Notes under the pieces: model-generated
Seen by the model: the letters and a program-made list of their open reading frames with translations, nothing else
Database searches by the model: none
Told to the model about the DNA's origin: nothing
NCBI GenBank assembly: GCA_003602475.1
Contig: QQSC01000015.1
Span: 46,313 to 110,312 of the forward strand
Direction of reading: 5' to 3'
From: Candidatus Poseidoniales archaeon
GTDB lineage: Archaea; Thermoplasmatota; Poseidoniia; Poseidoniales; Poseidoniaceae
Length of the DNA: 64,000 bases
Translations under genes and position numbers: made by a program
Shown here: piece after piece, positions 48,701-58,030 of the stretch
Layout: each line of letters opens with the position of its first letter
How positions within the stretch are numbered: the stretch's first letter is position 1

Positions 48701-49082
48701 AGTGCTCCAAGACTACACGACATGGACTCCGACCGAAGCGATGATGACGGACATGGCCGACGTCACCGAAGATTTGAACACCTTCCTTCAGCGCCATGAA
48801 GACGTCTTTGAGGACCTTACAGAAGTCAAAAACGCACGGGGTATCACCTATCGAACCACCCTTGATGAGCGAACGATTTACCCCGAAGAAACGGATTTGG
48901 ACATTTATCGCCTTGCCATGCACCTCTCTGAACAATGCCTGCCCTCCATCGGATGCATTCTCGTGGCCACCATGGACGGTGACTTTACGTTGCTCGACCG
49001 GGCTATCGAAGAACGGTTTGGCTTCAGCGTGACCAAAAACCACAGGACCCTCAAGACCTGGCTAAGGATTCAAACAAACTGA
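45714..49082 (+). CDS. Large alpha-helical/TPR-like protein with C-terminal PIN domain
   Basis: PIN motifs VIVDTNILVDAL, VRGEL, PEETDLDIY, ATMDGDF. Start uncertain (ORF open from 45552). Confidence 0.75.
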   Translation: MSKDSAWQLLAKEKPLRAMVLVAVNEQEPPPAEDDEGASPRTPASRPRGRSRRGSRSSGPRHMDWLPTAEEVINDQPYNTAFQLATLLVHKQLDADAWDDAWNANETALREICLNKGVHPVWHTIADKTPLLAQFLAFPAVEPSEETPTVNLDTSLLRFDPQDLISLNRLITGAVEASSSPDTKVALQKAASQVTTKRKVTVDDSLTDLTGSLAFVPVYLNLHAGQEVSEALWKAVNDVDTELHDALKDYARLASGQVDDWAAVMALKNDNSLDVARTLLAWLHAPADAEHMPSATLTEGINLISEAGITLADDRLTWWRLKAFQKEGKKDDALEVLITLSLDANADVAELLPLIVELDDEKADSWLEGHIDVLEPAACVHMIRHENLRTPLRLLAAERLCDAGDDSWNEVAALALPLLARSLDLERLAIVFSNSADLALSEPHFALMTAHLAPASLHASLGEGLNACRQQAIQAIHGVELPGAFSPLSEHLLLLLEGINNDSPELAEVLNLPALRAFSPISAALVAGGVVKPTSLRNLEKELDELDIDAIEKRLFEVILLTLRMNGFIQDHQIGRARNETVAAINDMVNHPSIPYRLMDSFSFLVLEHDLGLSHLVDWYQQHAPLSSWAPLARAALFAANGDELNSAREYMRAAEAFSQSERQHNDESGEDDDSALALPLALYRKSLIHFANAQQWAEAVSLLERVPALKTAITERFKLYLKVSHTVGSDTDKAMRMIREHLQMRVPYEDEDVEGNIVVKHRTVYNEEELDLLKNYPYDKAHQLPPEPFLGRVTAASTRIGRDLRRSRKEHEQHFRQAMHGSSPSMTEVYEIAKSAAEESPFEGLMYLERAQNTTKFTLPDRRRLAGVESTLFAQHKDDIPTKKRRFLRNLPLHPLVIVDTNILVDALVDRVHQQLNLLAGTNPNVMSMNRFHRILLHHAKADHLHLMVPQDVRGELKQFAKDQRLRYRFSGAMVDDDALNQALSEDIMLGLVDQVLQDYTTWTPTEAMMTDMADVTEDLNTFLQRHEDVFEDLTEVKNARGITYRTTLDERTIYPEETDLDIYRLAMHLSEQCLPSIGCILVATMDGDFTLLDRAIEERFGFSVTKNHRTLKTWLRIQTN

Positions 49083-49438
49083 GGAAAATCGCCCTTGCTC
49101 TTTGGAAGAGGACTGCGATGAAGCTCCACTTCGTCAAGGAACATCTTGCCAAGCAGCATGGGGCATTTCAGGTGACGGCGGTCAGCGACGGTCATTTCGA
49201 CATCGTGTGTGATTCGACCCACTCGCACCTTGGCGACGACCAACGGGCGGGTCTGTCGTCCCATGGCGTTACGAACACTGACTGAACCGATCGTCTCCAG
49301 TCCCAAGGCTTCAGCCAGACCGGCGTCGATGGAGCAACGCTTGGCACCGGTGTCAATTTTGGCCTTGATGCGTACCCACCAACGGCGTTCTTGAGCGCCC
49401 CTGACGCTCACCCAGCGGGCCTCATAGGACGCTGCCAT
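49070..49438 (-). CDS. RimK-associated retropepsin-like aspartyl protease
   Basis: AKIDTGAKRCSID, TVADR…PMLLGK. Confidence 0.8.
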   Translation of the reverse strand: MAASYEARWVSVRGAQERRWWVRIKAKIDTGAKRCSIDAGLAEALGLETIGSVSVRNAMGRQTRPLVVAKVRVGRITHDVEMTVADRRHLKCPMLLGKMFLDEVELHRSPLPKSKGDFPQFV

Positions 49439-49461
49439 ATGCTCAACTCATGGGCGGGCGT

Positions 49462-50688
49462 TCACATGTGGTGAATCATCGCTTCGCCAAAGGCGCTGCA
49501 GGACAGCAACGTCGCATCGTCCATCAAGCGTTCGAAGTCGTAGGTGACCGTCTTGTTCGAAATGGCACCTTCCATGCCTTTGACAATGAGGTCGGCTGCC
49601 TCGGTCCATCCCATGTGCCTCAACATCATTTCAGCGGATAGAATGAGGGAGCCGGGGTTGACTTTGTTTTGCCCAGCGTACTTTGGTGCTGTGCCGTGGG
49701 TGGCCTCAAAGATGGAGATGCCCGTGTCGTAGTTGATGTTGGCACCTGGTGCAATGCCAATGCCGCCAACCTGTGCAGCGAGAGCATCGGAAATGTAGTC
49801 GCCGTTCAGGTTCATGGTCGCCAACACACTGTATTCGGCGGGACGAGTGATGATTTGCTGCAACATGGCGTCGGCAATGACGTCCTTGATGACGATGTTG
49901 TTGCCGGTCTTGGGGTTTGTCAAGGTGCACCACGGTCCACCATCAAGCAGTTCAGCCCCAAACTCTTCTTGGGCCAGTGCATAGCCCCAGTCGCGGAACC
50001 CACCTTCGGTGAACTTCATGATGTTGCCTTTGTGCACCAATGTCACGCTGGGTTTGTCCGTGTCGATGGCGTATTGGATGGCGGCGCGAACGATTCGGGC
50101 CGTTCCTTCTTGAGAAATGGGTTTGATGCCAATTCCTGAGGTGTTTGGGAACCTGATTTTGTCGACGCCCATCTCGTTCTGCAAGAAGTCAATGACGCGC
50201 TTCACGCCTTCTGACCCTGCTTCCCACTCGATTCCAGCGTAGACATCTTCGCTGTTTTCACGGAAGATGATCATGTCAACGTCTCCTGGTGCCTTGACGG
50301 GAGATGGTGTTCCATCGTACCACCGTACGGGGCGAACGCAGGCGTAAAGGTCCAATTTTTGCCGAAGTGCAACGTTGAGGGAGCGAATGCCGCCGCCGAC
50401 CGGGGTGGTTAACGGCCCTTTGATGGAAACCAGTCCGGATTTCATGGCGTCAAGCGTTGCCTGAGGCAACCATTCGCCGGTTGCATTGAACGCTTTCTCG
50501 CCAGCCAGCACTTCGCTCCAAACAATTCCCTTCTCTCCGTTGTAGGCTTTGGAGACCGCAGCATCCACAACTCCGGTCATCACCGGTGTGATGTCAACGC
50601 CGATACCGTCGCCTTCGATGTAGTGAATCACGGGGTCGTTTGGGACGACCAAATGGCCGTCGTTCATGGTGATCGGTGTTCCTGACAT
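49462..50688 (-). CDS. icd: NADP-isocitrate dehydrogenase (E. coli type)
   Basis: [59 protein letters not shown]. Confidence 0.97.
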   Translation of the reverse strand: MSGTPITMNDGHLVVPNDPVIHYIEGDGIGVDITPVMTGVVDAAVSKAYNGEKGIVWSEVLAGEKAFNATGEWLPQATLDAMKSGLVSIKGPLTTPVGGGIRSLNVALRQKLDLYACVRPVRWYDGTPSPVKAPGDVDMIIFRENSEDVYAGIEWEAGSEGVKRVIDFLQNEMGVDKIRFPNTSGIGIKPISQEGTARIVRAAIQYAIDTDKPSVTLVHKGNIMKFTEGGFRDWGYALAQEEFGAELLDGGPWCTLTNPKTGNNIVIKDVIADAMLQQIITRPAEYSVLATMNLNGDYISDALAAQVGGIGIAPGANINYDTGISIFEATHGTAPKYAGQNKVNPGSLILSAEMMLRHMGWTEAADLIVKGMEGAISNKTVTYDFERLMDDATLLSCSAFGEAMIHHM

Positions 50689-50746
50689 GGTGCTCAGCGT
50701 GAGCGACCGACCGCTCCTTCAAGAATGAACCGCTCTTGGCTTATCC

Positions 50747-51142
50747 ATGCAAGGAAAGGTGGAGTGGACAAGCGGAACGAACTTGGTGGGCACGAACGCC
50801 GCCGGGCAAACCATTGACATGGACTGGGAAAACGGGCCATCGCCCATGCAACTCACCCTGCAGGCCATCGGCGCCTGTTCGCTGGTCGATGTGGTGGTGG
50901 GCATGAAGGACCGCTCACTCGAAGCCGCTTGGGTGGAACTGGATTCTACGAGGGCAGCGTCAACGCCTCGCCGGTTCACGTCCCTAACCATGACGTATCA
51001 TGTGCGAGGGGACGTTCCAAAGAAACTTGTGGAGCGGGTTGTCGCCAAAAGCCACGAGAAATACTGCTCGGTGTCCCATTCGTTGGCGAAGGACATCACC
51101 GTCGATTGGACGGTGGTGCTTCACCCCTCAAGCGAACGTTGA
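50747..51142 (+). CDS. OsmC/YhfA family protein
   Basis: GPSPMQ…GACS, SHEKYCSV. Confidence 0.85.
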   Translation: MQGKVEWTSGTNLVGTNAAGQTIDMDWENGPSPMQLTLQAIGACSLVDVVVGMKDRSLEAAWVELDSTRAASTPRRFTSLTMTYHVRGDVPKKLVERVVAKSHEKYCSVSHSLAKDITVDWTVVLHPSSER

Positions 51143-51607
51143 ACCTTGGATTTGTCCCATGGCTTCGGTCAACGCCCGTTGAAGCGCGTTGTACACCGGC
51201 TTCCATTTTTGGTGAAGTCCTTTTGGTGCCTTGAGAGGAACCGGGCCGTTGGATGTCGATAAGACGGTGGCAAACGGTCGAATTTGGGTGCCACCCATTT
51301 CCATGATGAGCGACAAGTGGTAAGCGTCGTTGTCCTTGTGGACCTTGATTGATTCCATGTGAAGATGAGCGTTGTCGACACCGATTTTCTCTTCTTCGAA
51401 AAGTTCACGAGCAAGGGTTGTCAACAGCTGTTCTGTATCCACCTCGGACTGGATTTCTTCGGGCTCTTCATCGTCATCATCGTCCATGAAGGCAGCCAGG
51501 ATGTCGTCGTGGTCAATGGATTGGTTGACAGCGTGCGTTGGGGGTGCAACACCAAGCAGTTCGTACATGTCGACTTCGCTTTCGTCAAAGATCGGTTCTT
51601 CCATCAT
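51128..51607 (-). CDS. Hypothetical protein with acidic N-terminus
   Basis: 159 aa; TTTATG about 30 nt upstream. Confidence 0.7.
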   Translation of the reverse strand: MMEEPIFDESEVDMYELLGVAPPTHAVNQSIDHDDILAAFMDDDDDEEPEEIQSEVDTEQLLTTLARELFEEEKIGVDNAHLHMESIKVHKDNDAYHLSLIMEMGGTQIRPFATVLSTSNGPVPLKAPKGLHQKWKPVYNALQRALTEAMGQIQGSTFA

Positions 51608-51718
51608 ATCTTCCCATTGACGACCGTTTGCACATAAAGCATCGTTTCTCCCGGAAGGTCTTGCATCATCTCAAGATGCAATGCGAAGCCTCAAACCTCA
51701 GCCCCACGAGGGCGTCTT

Positions 51719-52333
51719 GTGAAGGTCGTCCTTCGATGTGTTGTCCTTTTGGGGCTCGCCTTGTGTTTGGTCGCAGCCCCCACGATGCCGGCGTCGCCAC
51801 ACGGTGTGGGTGACGAGGGGAATCAAGGATGCCAATGTCACGCTGAAGACCCGTCATTGAACGTCCAACTCACCGGGTTGCCAGAGGCTTACTCGATGAA
51901 CACCACCTACAACCTCACCCTGTTGATGGAAGGCGACGTCCCGATACAAGAGAACCGTTCACAAGGCGGGTTTCGAATGGTGGTGACCAACGGTACACTC
52001 CACTTCAACGATACAGAAGCACAAGAAATGGATCGTGGATGGACTCACAGAGAGGCTGGAACCCAACAGCGGTCCTGGTCGTTTCAATGGACGTCCCCAT
52101 CGGAAAGCGACAGCCGAACCGAGTTTAGAATATGGGCCAATGCAGTGAACGGAAACCAAGCGCAAACGGGTGACGGGTGGTCGTCGTTGCAGGTGGTTGT
52201 GCCGGGTGAAGATTTCAGTGGGGAACTCGAAGCGAGCGAAGGAATCGACGGCTTGAGCAGCAGCGAACGTTTGCTTTTGGGAGCAGTGCTCGTCGTCATG
52301 GCGGGCTTGCTGTGGGCGGGTGCCCGCCCCTGA
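51719..52333 (+). CDS. Exported Reeler-like (choice-of-anchor V-like) protein with CxCH motif and C-terminal TM
   Basis: Signal peptide, GCQCH, GLPEAY…TYNLT, GGF, WSFQWTSP, NAVNGN…GD. Confidence 0.7.
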   Translation: MKVVLRCVVLLGLALCLVAAPTMPASPHGVGDEGNQGCQCHAEDPSLNVQLTGLPEAYSMNTTYNLTLLMEGDVPIQENRSQGGFRMVVTNGTLHFNDTEAQEMDRGWTHREAGTQQRSWSFQWTSPSESDSRTEFRIWANAVNGNQAQTGDGWSSLQVVVPGEDFSGELEASEGIDGLSSSERLLLGAVLVVMAGLLWAGARP

Positions 52334-53464
52334 TCAATTTACAAACTCGATGTGACGATGGCGCAAAGCACGAATCTGACGATTCTCGTTGGCACCGTGA
52401 ATCTGGTCACTTTTGACACCGGTGAGCACCAGCATGACCCTCAATTCATCACCGTATTTCTCTTCGTTGGGCGCTGCGCCCCAAATCAGGCGCACATGAG
52501 GGGAGACGCGTTCCTTGACAATTTGAGCGCAGCGTTCAGCTTCTCCAAGGGTGAGGCTGTCCCCTCCCATGACATTGATGAGCGCATCACGAGCATCGCT
52601 GATGTCCAAGTCAAGCAGCGGTGAATGGAGTGCTTCCATCGTTGCAGCCTCGGCACGCCCGGGTCCTTTTGCAGCACCAAGGCCAATCATGGCCACGCCC
52701 GAACCGGAGTGAACCACGGCCTTGAGGTCCTCAAAGTCAAGGTTGACCAAACCGTCGGTGGTCAACATTTCAGACAGACCGGTGATCGAACGTACGAGCA
52801 GTTCATCGCCGACCCGAAAGGCACTGGCGATTGGTAAATCCTTGACGCCTTCAATTTCCAGAAGGCGTTCGTTGGGAATGACAATGATGGTGTCACAGTG
52901 CTCGCGCAGGCGCTCCAAACCCCATTCAGCGTTTTGTTTGCGTAGCGAACCTTCGGATTTGAACGGGTAGGTTACCACGGCGATGGTGACGGCGCCTTGC
53001 GCCTTAGCCAATCGAGCCACGTGGCCAGCCGCACCCGTTCCCGACCCTCCGCCCATTCCAGCCGTGATGATGGCCAACTGGGTGTCGTTGGTGATTCTGT
53101 GAAGCACGGTTTCCGATTCGAGGGCTGCTGCTTCCCCTTTGGTGGGGTCGCCACCCGCGCCGCGGCCGCGAGCGGTTCGACCGATCAACACCTTGTCGTC
53201 GAGTGGTGATTGAAGAAGGGCCTGAGCGTCGGTGTTGATGGCGTAACCGGTAACGAACGAGGATTCGAACATCCCCTCGTCAAACAAGCGCCCAACAGCG
53301 TTGCATCCTGCTCCACCAACACCATAGACACGAATCCGGGGCTGGAGGGATTCCAAAAGAGCCTTCAATTCAACTTCAGCATCTTCTCCCTGAAGGGTCG
53401 GATCCGGCTTCAAACGCAATTCGTCTTCAGAACGCTCCAGAACGCGGTCAATCAAATGGCGCAT
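52334..53464 (-). CDS. ftsZ: Cell division protein FtsZ
   Basis: GVGGAGCNA, AINTDAQAL, GAGGDP, AGMGGGSGTG, PFKSEG, NLDFED. Confidence 0.93.
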   Translation of the reverse strand: MRHLIDRVLERSEDELRLKPDPTLQGEDAEVELKALLESLQPRIRVYGVGGAGCNAVGRLFDEGMFESSFVTGYAINTDAQALLQSPLDDKVLIGRTARGRGAGGDPTKGEAAALESETVLHRITNDTQLAIITAGMGGGSGTGAAGHVARLAKAQGAVTIAVVTYPFKSEGSLRKQNAEWGLERLREHCDTIIVIPNERLLEIEGVKDLPIASAFRVGDELLVRSITGLSEMLTTDGLVNLDFEDLKAVVHSGSGVAMIGLGAAKGPGRAEAATMEALHSPLLDLDISDARDALINVMGGDSLTLGEAERCAQIVKERVSPHVRLIWGAAPNEEKYGDELRVMLVLTGVKSDQIHGANENRQIRALRHRHIEFVN

Positions 53465-53550
53465 GGGGTTAAGTTCGTTCAACGGAATTTGAATGTGTTG
53501 CCGTGCGAGGGGCGTCGCGTGGATGTTTCTGCAGCGGATTTGGGTTGCCG

Positions 53551-54585
53551 TCAATCGCGCAATCCTTCTTCCGTGACCTGGTACACACATTCCCCGTCCG
53601 GTAGGTTCGGGGAGTCGACCAATCTTGCGATTCTTCGGCCACCTTTGGCCTTTCGGAGGTAGAGTCTGAAGGTGCTGGCGTGGGCCAAAATGTGACCTCC
53701 GATGGGCTTTGTTGGGTCGCCCCACATGGCATCGGGTTTCGAGTGAACTTGATTGGTCACCAAAACCAGAGCGTTGTTCACATCAGCCAGCTTCTTGAGG
53801 TCCTTCAGGTGGCTGTTCAACTTTTGTTGTCGGCGGGCAAGCATGCCACGGCCAATGAATTCCGCTCTGAAATGCGATGTAAGCGAATCAACGATGATCA
53901 TCTTGACGTTCAGTCCCTTGCTCATTCGCTTGATCTCGTCAGCCAACAACATTTGGTGGGCTGAGTTGTATGCGCGAGCAACATGGATTCTGGAAAGCAC
54001 GTAGTCCGGGTCGAGGCCGTGACCTCGTGCCATTTGCGTGATGCGCTCGGGACGGAAGGTGTCCTCAGTATCGATGTAAAAGACATCCCCGTCGAAACCG
54101 CCTTGTTCGGCAGGCAGGGTGCAATTTACCGCCAATTGGTGGCCGATTTGCGTTTTTCCGCTGCCGAATTCACCGTAGACTTCGACCAGTGCCTGCGTTT
54201 CAAAACCACCACCCAAGAGGTCATCAATGGACTGGACTTTGGAAGAGAGTTTTTGCACTTCACGACGTCGTTCAAGGAGGGCGTCACCGGAGACGAAACC
54301 ACCGATGTTGGCCATTTTCTTTGCAGCAGCGATGATTTTGGCGGAAACGGCCTCACCAAGTTCGGCTTCTTCTGCAAGGTCAGCAGGGGACATGACGGCC
54401 AGTGCGAGCAGTTCGTCGAAACCGGCTTCTCTCAATTTTTCAGCGGTTGCTGGACCCACGCCGGGCAGGTCTTCGATGGTGACGGTCGGTTCCTCTTCTT
54501 CCTCCATGAGTGGTACCTTTTCCTCGCTTGGTGCTTCATTCTTTTCAACGGTGATCTTGGCTTTTTTCTTCGATTTTGTCGGCAT
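53551..54585 (-). CDS. radA: DNA repair and recombination protein RadA
   Basis: EDLPGVG Hh[42 protein letters not shown]. Confidence 0.97.
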   Translation of the reverse strand: MPTKSKKKAKITVEKNEAPSEEKVPLMEEEEEPTVTIEDLPGVGPATAEKLREAGFDELLALAVMSPADLAEEAELGEAVSAKIIAAAKKMANIGGFVSGDALLERRREVQKLSSKVQSIDDLLGGGFETQALVEVYGEFGSGKTQIGHQLAVNCTLPAEQGGFDGDVFYIDTEDTFRPERITQMARGHGLDPDYVLSRIHVARAYNSAHQMLLADEIKRMSKGLNVKMIIVDSLTSHFRAEFIGRGMLARRQQKLNSHLKDLKKLADVNNALVLVTNQVHSKPDAMWGDPTKPIGGHILAHASTFRLYLRKAKGGRRIARLVDSPNLPDGECVYQVTEEGLRD

Positions 54586-54756
54586 TGGGCATTCCTTCTT
54601 GGACGTCCTTGTCGGGCTTGAGTATATGAAGAACCGAACCACGGTTGAGGCAATGGTCGGTTGTTTTGGCTGGTCAATCAACCGTTGAACAGGAGAGCAG
54701 TGCTACGAAAATTTCACTTTGTGTTTCACATTTACCCAATTGAAAGTGGTGACACA

Positions 54757-55575
54757 TCAAGCATCGGTGGGCGTTTCAAGTGGGTTTGGTTCAGATTCAA
54801 GAGCGCTGTACAGCACACGAACTTCATGACTGATGTCAAGGTTTTCCTCCTCGCTTTGACCCTGCTCAACTTCGATCCGCCATTCTCCCGAGTTGATGTT
54901 GCTTTCACCGTGACTCCAGTCGGCACTCTGACCTTCTCCAACCTGCTCACTGTGGCTCGCACGGGTGGCGTCGGCGGCGTCGTAAAGGGTCCACGTCACC
55001 GTTACTGGGGTGCCAGGGGGAACGATGTCGTTTCGATTTGTGATGGTTGAATTCAGGGCGATGGTGTTGGGGACGGGACAATCGCAATCCGGCGAGGTGT
55101 CCAACACCATGGTGCTGGGTTCGTTGGTGTTCGTCTGAGTCCATTCGATTTGCTTGTCAATTCGAACCGTGACCAACGCCGTTCCTGAATTGTTCTGTTC
55201 GTCTGTTGCGGTGAGGGTGACGGTGAACAAGCCATGTGTCAGGTATTCGTAACTGATCTCGGCCTGGTCGTTGGCGTTGACCGTGATGGCGTTTGACCCT
55301 TCATCGTCGTCTCCTGGGTCCATGGTGAACGACTTCATGTTCCCGGCCTTGGACGTGACTCGAGCAAAGTCAAAGGAGAGAGATACGCCGTCAAGGGTGA
55401 GGGTTTGGCCGTTCTGCACGCGCTCTAGGATGGTTCCCGATGTGTCGTCGTAATGGACGTTCATCCGTACCAAGTCCGCACCAGCGTCGTCTTCATCGGT
55501 GCCGAGGCAACCGCTCAACGCCGTGAGCATGAGCATGGACAAGACAGCAACGACCCCCGTTGTGTTTGTCCCCAT
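54757..55575 (-). CDS. Lipoprotein with PKD-like domain
   Basis: Archaeal lipobox LSGC; HGLFTVTLTATD PKD motif. Confidence 0.75.
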   Translation of the reverse strand: MGTNTTGVVAVLSMLMLTALSGCLGTDEDDAGADLVRMNVHYDDTSGTILERVQNGQTLTLDGVSLSFDFARVTSKAGNMKSFTMDPGDDDEGSNAITVNANDQAEISYEYLTHGLFTVTLTATDEQNNSGTALVTVRIDKQIEWTQTNTNEPSTMVLDTSPDCDCPVPNTIALNSTITNRNDIVPPGTPVTVTWTLYDAADATRASHSEQVGEGQSADWSHGESNINSGEWRIEVEQGQSEEENLDISHEVRVLYSALESEPNPLETPTDA

Positions 55576-55685
55576 GCCTTGAGGTGTGGACCTCTTCCTT
55601 CTTCATCAATTCGCTTCTTTATCGGATTTTAGCCTGTGAGGGCTCGGGCGGTGGGTTGAAAACCAAGAACAGAAGCGGAAAGGTT

Positions 55686-55763
55686 AGCGAGGTGGGGTAG
55701 TCTGGATATCCCGTCGGGCTCATAACCCGGAGATCGATGGTTCAAATCCATCCCTCGCTACCA
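55686..55763 (+). tRNA. tRNA-Met(CAT), initiator, CCA encoded
   Basis: Acceptor AGCGAGG/CCTCGCT (A1-U72), anticodon arm TCGGG-CTCATAA-CCCGG with three G-C pairs, T arm GATGG-TTCAAAT-CCATC. Confidence 0.95.
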
Positions 55764-56513
55764 TCAACCGTACTGGTAGTAGTCGTGCTTGGGCTGCAGG
55801 CTGTCCAACGCCGATTGCAGTTGAGCATTGGCGGCTTGCTCACCGCTGATGATGGCCTCCCGCTGGGCGGACAGTCCATTGGATTTGGTTTGGCATGCTT
55901 CTGCAAACTCCGGAAAACCGTTCGCCCCAGAATTCAATGCTTCAATCACTTCTGGGAGTGCGACGGCTGGTGAATTGTTCGGTTCAAGGACGAACACCCC
56001 CCCGGTTCGAATGACCGGACCGGCGGCTTCAACGGCGCTCAACAACCGCTTGACGTGTTGAGTGGAGGGGACGGTTGAAGCCGCAAGACACGCGGCTTGG
56101 AGGTGGCCGGTTGCCAAGTCTTCGCACCGAGCAAAGGATTTCTTGGCCGCCCCGTCCTTTCCCGCTGCAGCGAAAATCCGCCCTGCACGCAGATGGTCTT
56201 CGTGTTCGGGGCGCATCGATCCGAGAAGTTGTGGTGCGTGTTTTTTCAGCAGCTTGACCAGTTTTTTTCGTTCCTTGTGCATTCGTTTTGCAGCCGGCAA
56301 CCCTTGCTGTGGTTTTTGCCTGAGAATGCAGACGTCACACAGCAACCTGAGTCCCTTGAGGAGATGGATTTGCTGTTGTGCGTCACGTTTCTTGACGGCC
56401 ATCATGTGGTCACAGAATTGCGTGGCCATGACCTCGGACAACTCAAGGCGGCCACCTTCGATGTAGCGCTCAATTTGGACCAATGTTTGCGAGGGGTCCT
56501 GCATCCCGAACAT
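55764..56513 (-). CDS. Hypothetical helical (TPR-like) protein
   Basis: 249 aa from MFGMQD; helical, AGRIFAAAGK…AKKSF. Confidence 0.65.
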   Translation of the reverse strand: MFGMQDPSQTLVQIERYIEGGRLELSEVMATQFCDHMMAVKKRDAQQQIHLLKGLRLLCDVCILRQKPQQGLPAAKRMHKERKKLVKLLKKHAPQLLGSMRPEHEDHLRAGRIFAAAGKDGAAKKSFARCEDLATGHLQAACLAASTVPSTQHVKRLLSAVEAAGPVIRTGGVFVLEPNNSPAVALPEVIEALNSGANGFPEFAEACQTKSNGLSAQREAIISGEQAANAQLQSALDSLQPKHDYYQYG

Positions 56514-56603
56514 GGTACCGTTTTGATGCGGGTTGTCGGGGCATATGGAGCCTTTGCTTTCATGCCCTTGCGGCTTATAGGCTCGCATGATGTGTCGTCG
56601 ACC

Positions 56604-57140
56604 ATGAGCGGTAACCATGCCATAGCGTTGACCGGGACACCCGGGGTTGGCAAATCGAGTTTGGCCGAAGCCCTCGGTGCAGCAGGATGGGGCATCGTTG
56701 ACGTTGAGGATGCTGCACGAGACCACGGCTGCCTGGGCGAAACAGAGGCCGACGGCGCAGCGCCAGTGGACGTGCACGCGCTTTCTGAGCGTTGGTCGCC
56801 CCCCGACGAAAACATCGTCGTGGACGGGCACCTTTCCCACTTCCTTGACGTTACTGCGGTGGTGTTGCTGAGGTGTTCACCCGACCTCATCCGTGACCGC
56901 TTGGCTCCTCGGGGCTACAACGATGCCAAAATCCAAGCCAACGTGGAATGGGAGCTGACGGCAGGACACTGGTCAGAACTGCTCGAATTTGAAATCGACG
57001 TACCCGTCCTCGAACTTGATGCCGGCAAACGTTCGACCGCTTCCCTGGCAGCGGAGGTCCTCGCGTGGCTGGCTGACGGATGTCCAGCGCCTCCGTTGCT
57101 CGAAGCGGCTGCGGCCGCAACGGATTGGCTGAACGAATGA
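56604..57140 (+). CDS. AK6/Fap7-type adenylate kinase
   Basis: LTGTPGVGKS, VVDGHLSH, RL..RGY…KI..NVE; TTATAG at -29..-24. Confidence 0.88.
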   Translation: MSGNHAIALTGTPGVGKSSLAEALGAAGWGIVDVEDAARDHGCLGETEADGAAPVDVHALSERWSPPDENIVVDGHLSHFLDVTAVVLLRCSPDLIRDRLAPRGYNDAKIQANVEWELTAGHWSELLEFEIDVPVLELDAGKRSTASLAAEVLAWLADGCPAPPLLEAAAAATDWLNE

Positions 57141-57197
57141 CGCCCACTCTCTCTTCTGCGCCACAAAGCATAACCTCCGAAGGTCGGTGGTCGGTTT

Positions 57198-57950
57198 ATG
57201 GCCCTTGAAAAGATGAGGAAACGCTGGGAAGCGGCCCTTCAACCCGTGATTCGGGCCAGTTACAACCTCTCTCCCATCACGGTGACGTGGTGGGCGGTTC
57301 CTCTTGGCGTGGGCGGTGGCCTCGCCGCTATGTACGCCCCAGACTCCACATCGGGTGGCTGGTGGTTGCTGGGGTCAGCGCTCCTGATTTCATTGGCGAT
57401 GCTGGTTGACGGCCTTGACGGCTCGTTGGCAAGAGCAAAAGGGGAAGTGTCCCGTTGGGGAGACTACCTTGACCACACGATTGACCGGGTTCTGGACGCC
57501 ACGTGGGTGGTGTGCATCAGCGCTTCCGTGTTTGTCGACGATCTTGCCTTCGGATTTGCAGCTGCATTCTTGACCCTCCTCGGCTCCTACATGGGCACGC
57601 AAGCCCAAGCGGTGGCTGGGTCCCGAAATTATCGAGGGTTCTCCAGAGCGGACCGAACCGTGCTCACCCTTCTTTCACTGGTGGTGATGGGCTTGATGCT
57701 GCTGCTTGGTCTGCACGTTGATGCGATGTTGGTAGGTCCGTTGGACCACGTCCCTGTGAACCCTCTGAGTTTGATTGTTCTGATCTCTGCGCTGGGAGGC
57801 ATGTGGACGTTCGCCGTGCGATTTATGCAAGCACAGGCAGAAATACGAGCCCTCGATGCGGCAGACCCGTTGCCTCAGCCCAACAGAGCCAACGCCGAGG
57901 CCGACGGTTTTGTTGAGGCCGCCCTCCCCAAACATCGTTCTGGTGAATGA
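57198..57950 (+). CDS. CDP-alcohol phosphatidyltransferase
   Basis: DGLDGSLAR…SRWGDYLDHTIDR signature. Confidence 0.9.
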   Translation: MALEKMRKRWEAALQPVIRASYNLSPITVTWWAVPLGVGGGLAAMYAPDSTSGGWWLLGSALLISLAMLVDGLDGSLARAKGEVSRWGDYLDHTIDRVLDATWVVCISASVFVDDLAFGFAAAFLTLLGSYMGTQAQAVAGSRNYRGFSRADRTVLTLLSLVVMGLMLLLGLHVDAMLVGPLDHVPVNPLSLIVLISALGGMWTFAVRFMQAQAEIRALDAADPLPQPNRANAEADGFVEAALPKHRSGE

Positions 57951-58030
57951 GCCCTTTCGCCTCTTAGACGACTGGTTTTGGCCTGACAAAAGCGACATAG
58001 TCATAACGGACGCAGGCGACCTCGTGAGTG

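Noticed and set aside
49070-49438. Retroelement protease
   Set aside because: Matches the stand-alone RimK-associated aspartyl protease family; no RT or gag nearby.
52334-57140. Long N-terminal extensions of FtsZ (to 53725), the 55764 ORF (to 56840) and the kinase (from 56097)
   Set aside because: Artefacts of longest-ORF calling; they overlap neighbouring genes, and downstream ATGs fit homology or promoter spacing better.
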